Below are positions 49,477 to 60,744 of a DNA stretch of 64,000 nucleotides, in pieces. Made by a program: the position numbers and the translations under genes. The notes under the pieces were generated by a model. It saw only the letters and a program-made list of their open reading frames with translations, made no database searches and was not told where the DNA came from. Each line of letters starts with the position of its first letter. The first letter of the stretch is position 1. Source of the stretch: Candidatus Moraniibacteriota bacterium (GTDB taxonomy: Bacteria; Patescibacteriota; Minisyncoccia; Moranbacterales; UBA1568); contig CP064994.1 of assembly GCA_016699975.1 (NCBI GenBank), forward strand, positions 193,222 through 257,221, written 5' to 3'.

Positions 49477-49977
49477 ATGTCCCTTAAAAAATATAAACTT
49501 TCTCATCTCCCTGTATCTCTATTGGAAACAGCAAGGAGAGCTCTTTTGTTTATCTGGCCTGAACAAGTTGCCATTATCTGGGCTCAATTTGAGAGGGAAA
49601 AAAATTTTTGGATTTCTGAGCTTCTCGTTAACCTATGCTGTAAACTAGGGGTAGGGGACAACTGTTTTGAGAGCATGCTCGTTCTTATTTCAGTAGTGAT
49701 GGACGAATCTGTTCTATCTGCACCTGGCAGTGGAGAGATCCTTGTTCAAATCGAGCTGATCCATGAAGAGTTAGAAAACGAGCGTGCCGAAGTCTTTCTT
49801 TGGAAGTTTCCGCGTGATCTCCGTGGAAAGTCTGCCCCCGTAGATGCCTGCGAAGGCCCGATCCTTGTTCTCGAGTACGAGAGAGAATGCTTAGAGAAGA
49901 TGAGAACCATTGTTCAGGAGAGATTTGAAAAAATAAGCAGAATATCTAATCAGAGGAGGGAGAAAGCAGAATCATAA
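49477..49977 (+). CDS. Hypothetical protein
   Basis: 166-aa ORF followed by an imperfect terminator-like hairpin plus T6 at 49996-50030. Confidence 0.5.
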   Translation: MSLKKYKLSHLPVSLLETARRALLFIWPEQVAIIWAQFEREKNFWISELLVNLCCKLGVGDNCFESMLVLISVVMDESVLSAPGSGEILVQIELIHEELENERAEVFLWKFPRDLRGKSAPVDACEGPILVLEYERECLEKMRTIVQERFEKISRISNQRREKAES

Positions 49978-50293
49978 CGAGATTAAATTAAAAAACAAGC
50001 GGTAAGGTTTCACGACCGAGCCGCTTTTTTCATAGGTAAAGCGCAAAGCTTGCCTCCTTAATTGGAATTTGTTTATCAAAGACTTCAAAATTCTTGTGAC
50101 AACAAATACACTCGCCAAGGTTTGATGACCAAAGGCGAGTTTTTTATTGGATTTGGCAAGCCGCCTCGGCAAAGCGCTTCTGCCAAAGAGGTTCCATTTT
50201 GTTTGCAGGGGTATTCTCATTCATATAGGATAGAAGAAGAAAGTCATGAAGAGAAAGGTGGATTAAATAAATAAACACATTCCATTTACTTCT

Positions 50294-51241
50294 ATGTCCA
50301 CGAGACGAACTACTCTCATTTTTCTCCTCGTTCTTGCCACCTTTGCTGTTTTCATTCTTGGAGCGAAGCTTTTTTTGCTCAGCCCAAAACCATCTCTGGA
50401 AAGACCAAGTCCAACGACGACCCAAGAGATTTCACCGCAGGAGGCGGCAGATACCACGCTGCAAGCGGCGACTCGTACCACAGAAGAATTTTCTCGCTCC
50501 AATAAAACGCTTTCTCGTCACACCATAACCGGCGTGAAAGACCTTGACGGGCCATATAAAGAAGTGACGGTGGGGAATAGCGCCGTTACGTTTTCTTTCG
50601 AAGTTCCGGATCGGTGGCTTACGGAAACTCGAAACTCGGGAGAAGTGGAAATGAATGCAGAGGAGATGCGAGAATTTTTGGGAACAAATTATGATGGAGA
50701 TATACGAGCGGAAAAAGTTTGTACAGATGAGCGCGTCCCTGACTCGAGAGGAAACGTGACAATAGAGAAAATTTGCGGGAAGCCGTCTTCTGACTATGCC
50801 GATCTAGATTGGGATACACTCAAAAACATGTCTCCCGAAGATATGCGGAAGCGATTTGGAATGCGCGGTGATTTTTCTCTTGGATTCCCGAATGCGACTG
50901 TAACACCTGACAGCGAAATTGTGTATGCGGATATCGGATGGGACCAGGTGCATTTTTACATTCTCGATGAAGAAATAAATGCATCATACCTTTCGGACGT
51001 TTCCTTTTCAAAGACTATTGCGGAGACCCGAGAAAAATATCGAATTTCTGAGGATAAATTCCTCAAGGAAGTGGAAAGGGATAAAGAGGGAAGACCCATG
51101 GCAGACAAGGGAAATCTGGGAGGATTTGTTGATTTTATCAAGCACAAAAATTACGTAGTTCGCATCTGGAAAGAAGCCTACGTCGAAGGAGAGTTCGAAA
51201 CAGGATTCACGCATATTCTGGAAACGCTTTCGTTTGAATGA
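50294..51241 (+). CDS. Hypothetical secreted or membrane-anchored protein
   Basis: 315-aa ORF with a signal-anchor LIFLLVLATFAVFILGAKLFLL. Confidence 0.55.
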   Translation: MSTRRTTLIFLLVLATFAVFILGAKLFLLSPKPSLERPSPTTTQEISPQEAADTTLQAATRTTEEFSRSNKTLSRHTITGVKDLDGPYKEVTVGNSAVTFSFEVPDRWLTETRNSGEVEMNAEEMREFLGTNYDGDIRAEKVCTDERVPDSRGNVTIEKICGKPSSDYADLDWDTLKNMSPEDMRKRFGMRGDFSLGFPNATVTPDSEIVYADIGWDQVHFYILDEEINASYLSDVSFSKTIAETREKYRISEDKFLKEVERDKEGRPMADKGNLGGFVDFIKHKNYVVRIWKEAYVEGEFETGFTHILETLSFE

Positions 51242-51469
51242 GCTGTTTTTTTGCAGCTCAGAATGCAAATGGCGAAACCGAAACAATTGAGGTCCTGCGA
51301 GTCATGAGACCCAAAGGGCTTTTAAATTTTTGAGTGGGTATTTTTATCTTCAGATATTTCTGCTCCACCAAAAGCACTCTGTTTCGAATAAAAATCTCTC
51401 GATAGTTTCCTTGGAAATGGTTCGGTAGAGTGAAGAAGTTCGACGTTGGTATTATCAGCGAGACAGATT

Positions 51470-51922
51470 TTACTCGCATTCGCTTCGAAGGTGAGAGGAA
51501 GAAATGTTCCAACTTCCCGGCAGTGAAACGAAGATTTCTTGAACCTCTTTCGAGAAGTTCGGATTTTGAAATGCGAGACTTTGGTTGTCTGAACCCTCTC
51601 GATGAAAGACATAAATCTTCGTTTCTGTTGACCGGAAGCTTCGAAGTACATTTTGAAGTTCATGCATGCTGCTGTAGTACTTCGGATCCAAGATGCGGTG
51701 TGCGGTATCAATACCGACCGCGAAGTGCGCTCCCGGATAGCACAAGGCTTTTTCTTTGAAGAGTCCTGCATCCGATCGAAAAATTCCGGGCCAGTGACTC
51801 TGGAATTGCCATGCTCTTTCTTGGAACAGGCTCTCGAGGGCGTCAATCATGAACAAGAGAATCAATGAGAAATAGCAAAAAAAGGATTGCTCCGGAAATC
51901 TTGAAAAAGAGGACGGGAGCAT
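51470..51922 (-). CDS. Hypothetical protein; a second overlapping minus-strand frame (51322..51846) suggests another frame change
   Basis: 150-aa ORF; the C-terminal ...WNISSSHLRSE weakly resembles the ISSTxIR motif of nucleotidyltransferases. Confidence 0.3.
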   Translation of the reverse strand: MLPSSFSRFPEQSFFCYFSLILLFMIDALESLFQERAWQFQSHWPGIFRSDAGLFKEKALCYPGAHFAVGIDTAHRILDPKYYSSMHELQNVLRSFRSTETKIYVFHREGSDNQSLAFQNPNFSKEVQEIFVSLPGSWNISSSHLRSECE

Positions 51923-52198
51923 TTTTGCGAAGCTCTTTACTGGTTTTATCTTTCAAACAAGAGGTGTGGTGTTTTCAACTCACGTTATTTGAGAGGAAGG
52001 CAAAAATTGTTGTGTAGCAACCGTCCAAAACAGCATTTGAAAATTTTTATCAGAGCTCTTCCTGAGTCATGTTTAGGGAAGAAGTTTCTGTATATCATAC
52101 CCCTCTCTTCTTGAGACAAAAATCGAGACCGAGAGAAGGGATGAGTGTATTTCCATGGCTTTATTAAGCCAAATTTAATAAAAAGAAGGCGATAATTA

Positions 52199-52227
52199 TT
52201 GACAAAATCGTTTCTGGGTGATATAAT
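52199..52227 (+). promoter_or_regulatory. Consensus sigma-70 promoter (TTGACA-17 nt-TATAAT)
   Basis: ttgaca at 52199-52204, 17-nt spacer, tataat at 52222-52227. Confidence 0.7.
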
Positions 52228-52300
52228 CCAGCGTTAATTCGTTATAAATTGCGACTTCGCTTTGAGAGAAACATGTCTTTCAAAATGAAGCGAAACGATC

Positions 52301-53463
52301 ATGTCTCATATACTTTCTCGAAAATCCGGAACTTTATTTTCGGCTTTTCTTTTCGGGGGAATGTTGTTTGGAGTGTTTCTTTCCGACACGGCTCAGGCGG
52401 CGCTTCCTGTTTGTGGAAGTTCGAATGGGCGCTCGTTCGCAGAGGCTCCGCGGAGCGGCTTGTGTGCCTCCGGAGACGCGAGCGCTGTCAATCGTTCGGC
52501 AAACGACTGGGTGTGGAGCTGTGTCACAGATACCGGAGTGGTCGTGAGCCCTTCGCCTCCTCCTCAGGTCATCAACTGTCGTGCCTCGGTATTGGTTTCT
52601 GTTTCTGTCCCTCCCGTGTGTGGAAGCGCGAGTGGAAAAGAATCAAAGGATGCCCCGACCAGCAATTTGTGTTCGGCAGGGGATGCATCGTCAGTAACTC
52701 GCTCGGGGATAATTGGAAGTGGAATTGTGTTGAGTCAGTCTCGGGCCCGGTCGTGAGTCCTGCTCCTCCGTCACGAGTGGTTTCGTGTGAATCGAAGGTT
52801 CAGAAACCGGTTGTAATTCCTCCAACTCCTCCGGTACTTCAGCCGGTATGTGGGAATATGAAAAAAGAAGCGAACGAACAGTGCGATGACGGGAACACCA
52901 GAAATGGTGATGGTTGTACCGCACAGTGTATTCTTGAAATTGAAACTCCGAAGCCTATAGTTGTCCCGACTTTGGTGCCACAGCCTACGCCCGAGCCCAC
53001 AGAAGAACCGAAGAAGGAAGAGAAGCATGAATCATGCGACGGCTCTCTCGGGGATTTTGTTTGGAATGACCGAAACAAGAATGGAGTGCAGGATCCTGGA
53101 GAAGAAGGATTGGGCGGAGTGACGGTGAAACTTATTCATGGGAATCGGGTCGATAAAGATACGACCGATAAAAATGGAAAGTACAAATTTGATGATCTGT
53201 GCAAACGAAACTATACCGTTACGGTCGATGCGAGCGACGTGAAGTCGTGCCAACCGACATTTGATAAGGATGGAAAACTTGATCACTCGACCAATGTTGA
53301 TCTCGGTCGAGATGAGGAATATAAGAAAGCCGACTTTGGATATGCTTGCAGTGCTGCGAAATCGGCACCGCGTACCGGAGCGGGGGCGGTAGGAATATCG
53401 CTTGCAGGAGCACTTGCTTCCGCGGCTGTCTGGGGAGTACGACGATACCTGCCGTTTGGATAA
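52301..53463 (+). CDS. Cell-surface protein with Cys-rich N-terminal repeats, an SdrD-B/Cna-B-like domain and a C-terminal sortase-like sorting signal (APRTG + TM + RRY); frame changed at the G4 run near 52706
   Basis: Signal peptide; repeat CxSGDASxVxRSxxDNWxWxCVxxxGxVVSPxPP; [28 protein letters not shown]...DKNGKYKF; ORFs 52301..52756 and 52249..53463. Confidence 0.7.
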
Positions 53464-54016
53464 TTGTTTTCTCTCTCGCACAGTGATGGTTTTCAAAAAG
53501 GACTCGATATCCCGAGTCCTTTTTGCGTTCTCAGTATTTTCAAACGAATCAAAGGGGGATATTCATAAGGAAGGATGAAGCTTGAAGAAAATTGGAGGCA
53601 AACTGAGAGTTTCCCTCCACAGCGTTTCCCTTACTTACTGAAAAATTTTCACTGTCGAGTCACTCAATTTTCTGACATGGGCTTCAGGCTACAGAGAGCA
53701 CTTTTATAGAAGAGTAATGAGCGGATGAGCAGAGGAATTTTATAGAAAAGTGAAATCACTCTCGTTTCTTGATGAGACTGTTTCCGTATTCTCAGCACAG
53801 AAGCCTCTTTTTGCGGTGAAGAATTCTTCACCGATTCGTTTTTTGGTATAGTAGGAGAAGGGGTTTTGCCCAAGGGAGTGGAGAGGGCGCTCAGCTCAAC
53901 ATTTTTTCCTGAAAGGAATTTTTGCTTCTCTGGAATCTAACACTTCCTCTCTCAAAAATTCTCATCATTGATTTAGTCTAAGCTTTTTGAAAGGATTCAC
54001 GGTGAAGACAAGAATC

Positions 54017-54481
54017 ATGAAATCACATCATCATTTTTTTGAATCGGCAGAAGCGCTTTCTCGTTTTGGAGAAGGTCTTTCCGCCTCGCTTGGGCCAGGG
54101 GTGCTCGCGCTTTCCGGAGAGTTGGGAGCGGGGAAAACCACCCTTGCCCGGGGAATTTTGCAAGGCATGGGCGCTTCCGGGCCATTTTCGAGTCCGACGT
54201 TTGTTCTGATGAAAGAATATCCCGTTCTACTTTCACAAAGAGGAGTCGAAAGGATCTATCATGTTGATTCGTACCGCGTTCAATCTGCAGAACTTCTGTC
54301 GCAAGGGTTTTTGGAATGGGTAAACGATCCCCATGGATTGATGCTCCTTGAATGGCCCGAGCGGGTCGAACATTTGTTGCCACCCGACACTCTTCGTCTC
54401 GCACTCTCGGTCGAAGGATCAGGGAGACGTCTTGAATTCCTTTCTGATGACAAAGAAACATTCATTTTCCCAGAGCCATAA
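54017..54481 (+). CDS. tsaE: tRNA threonylcarbamoyladenosine biosynthesis protein TsaE
   Basis: P-loop LSGELGAGKTTLARG and TsaE-like length. Confidence 0.8.
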   Translation: MKSHHHFFESAEALSRFGEGLSASLGPGVLALSGELGAGKTTLARGILQGMGASGPFSSPTFVLMKEYPVLLSQRGVERIYHVDSYRVQSAELLSQGFLEWVNDPHGLMLLEWPERVEHLLPPDTLRLALSVEGSGRRLEFLSDDKETFIFPEP

Positions 54482-54564
54482 TCTTGCTCCGCTTCTTCGA
54501 GTCTCTTCCTTGGCTCTCTGCTTCTCATCTACCTTGATTTGATGACTATTATTTATCTCTTTTT

Positions 54565-56451
54565 ATGAAGAGAGAAATATTCCGTTACCGCCTTCTTTTT
54601 GGAATCACGGCGGTGATAGTATTTTTTCTTACTCCTTCTTCATCTTTTGCTGCGCCTTCCATTGCTTCTGTTTCGGGGACCTTCTCTCCTGGAGAAATGA
54701 TCACGATTTCGGGAAGCGGTTTTGGAACCAAGGCTCGTCCCGGGCCGATTCTCTGGGATACTTTCGAAAGCGGAGCAGCGGGCGATGTTGTTGCGAACGA
54801 GACGGGTGGTGCTCAACCCTTTCTTCACGAAGGTGACCTTGCCTCATACGGCACTTGGATACTTGCCGGTCGCGGTGCAGTTTCGGGAAATCAAGTCGTT
54901 TTAAATGGAGCTGCGCCAAAGCCAGGGTCAACGCTTCATGCACGCGCCACGTTTTTGAGCGATCAATATACCGGTCTCGGTCTCTTCGTTCCGTTCTCCC
55001 GATTTGCAACTGGGCAGGACCTCTATATTTCCTATGCGTATCGATTTACTCGAACCGGTGCCAGCTTTCCTCGACGAACTTCGGCTTTCTCTCTCGTTCA
55101 CGAAGCCGGAGCGGAAGCTCTTTCTTTTGGGACTGCATACGGATCGTGCGAAACGGGCGGATACCGACAGCGTGTGGAATCTCTCGGGACCGAATACCCC
55201 CTTAATACTGATGGGACTTCGATAAATGGAGAGTGGGTTCGTTTTGAACAATCGCTTCAGCAGTCGGGTGATGGAGCAGCAAATGGCAGCTGGGTGAGTA
55301 CGATCTATCGCTCTTCGCCGCCTTCAAAGGATATGCGCGTTTCACTTCGGCAAATTTTGAGAACGTCGTCGGCAATTCCTTCCGCGATTGTTCTTGGAGC
55401 GGTGCGGTATGAGATGTGCGGGAATGATCCGGGAACGATCGATATCGATGATGTGTATATCGATACGACGCCTGCTCGTGTTGAGCTCTGCGATACTCCA
55501 ACGTGGGCGGCGCGCAACGAGTGTGAGGCGGGACTCCCATCTTTGTGGAACGAGGAACGTATCAATCTCACGCTTCGGGGAGGAAGTTTTTCTTCGGGAA
55601 CAAGGTATCTTTACGTTATCGACGCCTCAGGTGCGGTGAATACGGTTGGCTTTCCCATTTCTTTCGGAGAGACTCGGCTTGCCGACGAGACCGCGCCTCT
55701 TCCTCCAAGCGCTCTTCTTGCGTCTCCTCGTGCTTCGTCGGTTTCGTTGTCGTGGATGCCCTCAACTGACCGCGATATTTCGGGGCAGGTGGTTTCGGGC
55801 TTTGATCATTATAGTTTGGAGCGATGCGAGGGGAGTTCGTGCGAAAATTTTTCGGAGATCTCTTCGGTTTCTTCTGACTCTTTCGTGGATCGCAGTCGTG
55901 CGCCGAGCACCGCCTATGCGTATCGAATACGGGCGATTGATCGCGCAGGAAATGCTTCGTCATGGTCGGATATTGTTCGAGTGACGACGCTTCCTCTTTC
56001 GTTTGTTTCGTGTGAGACGGTCAATCAAACGAATTTTTCGGAGTCACTCTACAGCGGATACGGTGCTCCGTACGATGTTTTTTCTCCTCAGACGATCCTT
56101 CTTTCGACGAGTTGCCAAGAAGGAAATATTCATACGGTCAAGCCGACGGTCGGCGTTCCGGGAGATATGGCGAGAATTGTCTATACGACGGGGTATCGCT
56201 ACGATCCGACGGTCTGTGCATGGCAGCCGTTTTCTCTTGACTGTACGGGTGTTCAAAACGGAAAGTGGTGCCAAGGTTTTGCGACGACCACCCTCACCAA
56301 TGAAACTCTTTTTACTGCTACCGCCTCGACGCCTGCTTATGTCGCGGGGATGACCTGCTCTGTACAAAATGGCTCCTGGAAATGCGGATGTCGTGATGCG
56401 AATTGTTCCACCTTTTCGTGGCAAATACAAGGAGCGAAAAAAGAATATTAG
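54565..56451 (+). CDS. Secreted protein with an IPT/TIG-like and a fibronectin type III domain and a Cys-rich C-terminus
   Basis: Signal peptide; SIASVSGTFSPGEMITISGSGFG (IPT); LSWMPSTDRD...YAYRIRAIDRAGNASSWS (FN3). Confidence 0.65.
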   Translation: MKREIFRYRLLFGITAVIVFFLTPSSSFAAPSIASVSGTFSPGEMITISGSGFGTKARPGPILWDTFESGAAGDVVANETGGAQPFLHEGDLASYGTWILAGRGAVSGNQVVLNGAAPKPGSTLHARATFLSDQYTGLGLFVPFSRFATGQDLYISYAYRFTRTGASFPRRTSAFSLVHEAGAEALSFGTAYGSCETGGYRQRVESLGTEYPLNTDGTSINGEWVRFEQSLQQSGDGAANGSWVSTIYRSSPPSKDMRVSLRQILRTSSAIPSAIVLGAVRYEMCGNDPGTIDIDDVYIDTTPARVELCDTPTWAARNECEAGLPSLWNEERINLTLRGGSFSSGTRYLYVIDASGAVNTVGFPISFGETRLADETAPLPPSALLASPRASSVSLSWMPSTDRDISGQVVSGFDHYSLERCEGSSCENFSEISSVSSDSFVDRSRAPSTAYAYRIRAIDRAGNASSWSDIVRVTTLPLSFVSCETVNQTNFSESLYSGYGAPYDVFSPQTILLSTSCQEGNIHTVKPTVGVPGDMARIVYTTGYRYDPTVCAWQPFSLDCTGVQNGKWCQGFATTTLTNETLFTATASTPAYVAGMTCSVQNGSWKCGCRDANCSTFSWQIQGAKKEY

Positions 56452-56826
56452 TTCTTCCTCCATCGGAAAAATATCTTGTTTTAAAAATTTCCTGATCCAT
56501 GCTTGTGTCTTTGTCGTGTCCCAAGACTTCAATCGAGATCGGATTTTTATGCATTTTCTTGCCCAATTTTTTCTTCCTCGCTTCAAAAATGCTTGCCAAT
56601 AATTTCCTCATATTTTTTAGAACAAGTGTGAAGCGTGAGTTCCGAAATTTTTCGAAGTGAGAAAATTGCTCGACGAAATTTCTGAAAAGAGCAATTCATT
56701 CGCTTCGAATATCTCGAATATTTTGAAGAAGTTGTTTCCTCTTGGTGCCACGATTTCTGGGATCAGAAAAGGCCAGCCGATAAAGGGGCTGGCCTTCTAG
56801 TCTCGAATGACGTTGCATCCGTGCAA

Positions 56827-57192
56827 CTAGCGTGCGCCGAGGAGGATACGATCACTCGACTCGGCTTCGAAGTAGGCGGTTTTTCCGCTTTCGAGGAGGG
56901 ATTCCTCGATCTCGGCTGCCGCTTCGAAGGCACCTGCGACGCCATGCGAATGATACTCTTTCCCCAGGAAAGAAATCGTCGCGCCGGCGGCGAGTGCTCG
57001 CACAAGTTTCAGGGAAAGCTCTTGACTTTCCCAAAGATCCCGTTCTTCCACGGTGGCGTCGGTATAGTCGACATTCCACTCGTGGCGATAGCCCGCGATT
57101 CCGCAGAGAATATCCTGTGGAGTCACAAGCCCGAACGGAGCTTCTATCACTTGCCCGGCATAGGGGCCAGCAAGCATGGAAACCCGCACCAT
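56827..57192 (-). CDS. Hypothetical protein (121 aa)
   Basis: Most protein-like of three overlapping ORFs in a GC-rich stretch; divergent from polA. Confidence 0.35.
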   Translation of the reverse strand: MVRVSMLAGPYAGQVIEAPFGLVTPQDILCGIAGYRHEWNVDYTDATVEERDLWESQELSLKLVRALAAGATISFLGKEYHSHGVAGAFEAAAEIEESLLESGKTAYFEAESSDRILLGAR

Positions 57193-57381
57193 AGAGGTGA
57201 ATTTAATAATTATTAATGTTCTTTACTCCCTCCCGAGTGAACAGTATACGTTTGCAGAATATTTTGTCAAGGAAGAAAAACAATTTTCTTGTTCGCATTC
57301 TGAAGAGGAGGGAGTATTTTTTGTTACCGAGGAGCGTGGCAGAGAACCCTCCTTTCTTTTCAGGAGTTTTGTTTTGGTGGT

Positions 57382-60027
57382 ATGCTCTTTGGTATGGAAC
57401 GCACCAACACGACACTCATCATCTTTGACGGGAACGCGCTCGTTCACCGGGCTTATCATGCGCTTCCTCCTCTCTCTTCGCCTTCAGGAGAATCCGTGAA
57501 TGCGGTGTATGGAGTTGCACTTACCTTGCTCTCGGTTCTTGAAAAATTTCACCCCGAATATGTCGTTTCGTCGTTCGATCTTCCGGTGCCTACTTTTCGG
57601 CACGCGAAGTTTGCGGATTACAAAGGAACACGTACCAAAACTCCCGAAGAGCTCTCCCTCCAAATTCCTCGAGTGAAAGAACTCATGTCTGCATTCGGTA
57701 TTCCGATTTTCGAACGAGCGGGATATGAGGCGGATGATTGTGTCGGAACGCTCGCTGCTCTCGCGCTCACTGCCGATCCCTCGATTCACGTTGTTATCGT
57801 GACGGGTGACAACGATGCGCTTCAACTTGTGAATGATCGAACGAGCGTCTTTACGCTTCGCAAGGGCATTAAGGATACTGTAGTGTACGACGAACGCGCG
57901 GTCGTTTCGAAATACGGATTCCCTCCCAAAACACTCGTCGAATTTAAGGGCCTTCGTGGTGATGCTTCTGATAATATTCCTGGAGTTCCGGGTATAGGCG
58001 AAAAGGGCGCTACCGATCTTTTGATTCGGTACGGGACGCTCGAAAATATTTTCGCGCACCTTTCGGAGTTGTCTCCTTCGATACGTGCAAAATTGGAATC
58101 GGGGCGCGACTTGGCGTTTCTTTCGCGTGAGCTCGGCACCATCGATACAACAGTTCCTCTCACATTTGACCTTCCCTCTGCTTCTCTCAGTGCGCTCGAT
58201 CCCAAAGTTGTTGAAACGTTTTTTCGTCGTTTCGGATTTTTGAGTTTACTGAAGAAAATTCCGGGCGCTTCTTCGAAAGCGGCGAGCCGAAAAAGTCTTT
58301 CCGAAGAAGTGTCATCCACTCTTTCGTCTCTGGAAGAAGGGAATGCTTTCTTGGCGCGATGGGATCATGCGGAGCGCGCCGCATTTCTCATTCGTCCGGA
58401 GGCAGGAACGCTCTTCGAGGCGTCGCGTTTTTCCTGTGACATCGCATTTCAAAAGGGTGAAACGCGCGAGAGTATTCGTCTTTCGTCCGATGAGTCGTAT
58501 CGGGCGCTTCTCCGAAAATTCTTCGGCAGCTCAATTCCCAAAATAACGTATGACGCGAAAAGCGCCATGAAGCTTCTCAAGACTCTTGATATTTCTCTCG
58601 AGGGTCTTGAGTTTGACATTCTTATTGCGGGATACCTTTTAAACGCCGGAGGAGCACTTTCCTTGGAGCATCTCTTCCTCGAAAATGCACAAGCTCTTCA
58701 AGGCGGAAGTGAGGCGCCTTCTGCGCGAGAACTTTTTTCGCTTCGGATGAGTCTGTTAAAAAAGCTGGAGGCAGTCGCAGCGACACAAGTTCCCGGGAAA
58801 ACAATCCTTGAAGTGTTCTTCTCTCTCGAAATGCCGCTCATTCGTATTCTCTGCGATATGGAGGAAATGGGGATTTGTCTCGAGGGTTCCATCTTGACTG
58901 ATCTATCGAAAGAAATGGAGCGAGAAGTTCGATCGATTGAGCGGGAGATTGTTCTTCTTGCGGGTCGCGAGTTTAATGTGGGCTCTCCGAAGCAGCTTTC
59001 CGAAGTCTTGTTTGAAGAGCTGCATATCCCGACCGACCGGCTCAAGCGAACGAAGACCGGTATTTCGACCGCGTCTTCCGAGCTCGAGAAATTGAAAGAT
59101 GAGTATCCGATCGTACAACTTGTCGAGGACTACCGCGAGCGTGTCAAACTCCGCTCGACCTATCTTGATGTTTTGCCGCGCCTTGTGGATCAAAATTCGC
59201 GACTTCATACCACTTTTCAGCAGGCGCATACGGCAACGGGGCGACTTTCTTCGATTGAGCCAAATCTCCAAAATATTCCCATCCGAAGCGTCTGGGGCGA
59301 GCGGATTCGAAGCGCATTTGTCGCTTCACCGGGCAAACTTTTTGTGGGCGGCGATTACTCGCAGATTGAGCTTCGCGTGGCCGCTCATCTTTCCGAAGAT
59401 AAAGAAATGTGCGCGGCGTTTTCTCGTGGAGAAGATATTCATCGGCGGACGGCGGCGATTGTCTACGGCGTTTCGCCCGAGGTGGTGAGCGATGAAATGC
59501 GACGGAAAGCGAAGGTATTTAACTTTGGTATTCTCTATGGCATGGGAGCGTTCGGGCTTTCCCAAGCAGCGGGCATGTCGCGCGAAGAAGCCGCGACATT
59601 TATTGAGGAATACCTCGAGCATTTTTCGGGCATACGCTCATTTATGGAAGCGATGAAGGAGCGTGCGCGAGAATACGGATACATCGATACCGAACTGGGG
59701 CGTCGTTGTCTTCTTCCGGAGAGCGGGAGCGATAATCGACAAATCGCGGCTGCGGCGGACCGAATGGCGATCAATATGCCGGTTCAGGGACTCGAAGCGG
59801 ATATCGTGAAACTCTCCATGATTGCGACTGATCAACTTATTCGCAAAACGTTTCTGGGGAAAGCAAGTCTCTTGCTACAGATTCACGACGAACTCATTTT
59901 CGAAGTAGATGAGTCTCTTGCTTCTCAATTTCAAGAGGCGGTACGAACGTCGATGGAATCGGTCTATCTGCTTCGTGTCCCGCTGGTTGTCGATGTTTCT
60001 GTTGGCAAAAACTGGGGGGAGATATAA
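57382..60027 (+). CDS. polA: DNA polymerase I
   Basis: 5'-3' exonuclease LIIFDGNALVHRAYHA; polymerase motifs DYSQIELR, RRKAKVFNFGILYGM, QIHDELIFE. Confidence 0.93.
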   Translation: MLFGMERTNTTLIIFDGNALVHRAYHALPPLSSPSGESVNAVYGVALTLLSVLEKFHPEYVVSSFDLPVPTFRHAKFADYKGTRTKTPEELSLQIPRVKELMSAFGIPIFERAGYEADDCVGTLAALALTADPSIHVVIVTGDNDALQLVNDRTSVFTLRKGIKDTVVYDERAVVSKYGFPPKTLVEFKGLRGDASDNIPGVPGIGEKGATDLLIRYGTLENIFAHLSELSPSIRAKLESGRDLAFLSRELGTIDTTVPLTFDLPSASLSALDPKVVETFFRRFGFLSLLKKIPGASSKAASRKSLSEEVSSTLSSLEEGNAFLARWDHAERAAFLIRPEAGTLFEASRFSCDIAFQKGETRESIRLSSDESYRALLRKFFGSSIPKITYDAKSAMKLLKTLDISLEGLEFDILIAGYLLNAGGALSLEHLFLENAQALQGGSEAPSARELFSLRMSLLKKLEAVAATQVPGKTILEVFFSLEMPLIRILCDMEEMGICLEGSILTDLSKEMEREVRSIEREIVLLAGREFNVGSPKQLSEVLFEELHIPTDRLKRTKTGISTASSELEKLKDEYPIVQLVEDYRERVKLRSTYLDVLPRLVDQNSRLHTTFQQAHTATGRLSSIEPNLQNIPIRSVWGERIRSAFVASPGKLFVGGDYSQIELRVAAHLSEDKEMCAAFSRGEDIHRRTAAIVYGVSPEVVSDEMRRKAKVFNFGILYGMGAFGLSQAAGMSREEAATFIEEYLEHFSGIRSFMEAMKERAREYGYIDTELGRRCLLPESGSDNRQIAAAADRMAINMPVQGLEADIVKLSMIATDQLIRKTFLGKASLLLQIHDELIFEVDESLASQFQEAVRTSMESVYLLRVPLVVDVSVGKNWGEI

Positions 60028-60073
60028 ATATTATTATAATGTTTATATTAAAAATAAGTTGAAATTTGAGCAT

Positions 60074-60736
60074 ATGAAAGAGTCATATTTTGGAAATTTT
60101 GATATTCCACCTGGAGAAACGATGACAAGTTTTCGTGAAAAGTTTCTGAAATGGAATAAAGCATTTAGCGGTAAAGCGGAGAATAAAGTGGAGAAGTTTT
60201 CCTCTGGTGATATGTTTCTTCTTGTTTTAGACCAGATTCGTCAAGCTCATCTTCAAGAGGAATTTTCTTCTAATGCAGACTTCATTAAAAATTTGGAAAA
60301 GAAAAAAGAGATAGCATTGAATTTACTGAAATCACTTATTGAATATGTAATTCGATATACAGCACAGATACGGAGATTTGATAAAGCGAGGTTTGAAGTA
60401 GAAAGTGAGCGGGGGGGGGATGAATTCAAGTTGGCTGATTTTGCAAGAAAATCTGCACATGATGCACTTATTGCTCATATTCAAATAACGATTCGTTTCA
60501 TACGGGAGAATTTTATTGAGGTCGATAACAGAGGCGCTCAAGAGGATTCGGAAGAGAAGTGGTCTGTTCTCCCAATAGAAAATATTTCATTTCCAAATCG
60601 TAATCCTTCTCGAATTTTTCTTCCGAGTTACGTAGATTTAAGTAAGCGAGAAACCGTAACTGTTTGGGCGCAGGAGATTCAAAAAGATCTCTCAAAAATA
60701 GATTTTCAAGAAAAAAGCCCCAATGAAAAACATTGA
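60074..60736 (+). CDS. Hypothetical protein (AT-rich)
   Basis: ORF 59909..60736; the first Met after the polA stop is at 60074. Confidence 0.45.
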   Translation: MKESYFGNFDIPPGETMTSFREKFLKWNKAFSGKAENKVEKFSSGDMFLLVLDQIRQAHLQEEFSSNADFIKNLEKKKEIALNLLKSLIEYVIRYTAQIRRFDKARFEVESERGGDEFKLADFARKSAHDALIAHIQITIRFIRENFIEVDNRGAQEDSEEKWSVLPIENISFPNRNPSRIFLPSYVDLSKRETVTVWAQEIQKDLSKIDFQEKSPNEKH

Positions 60737-60744
60737 AGCGAAGT

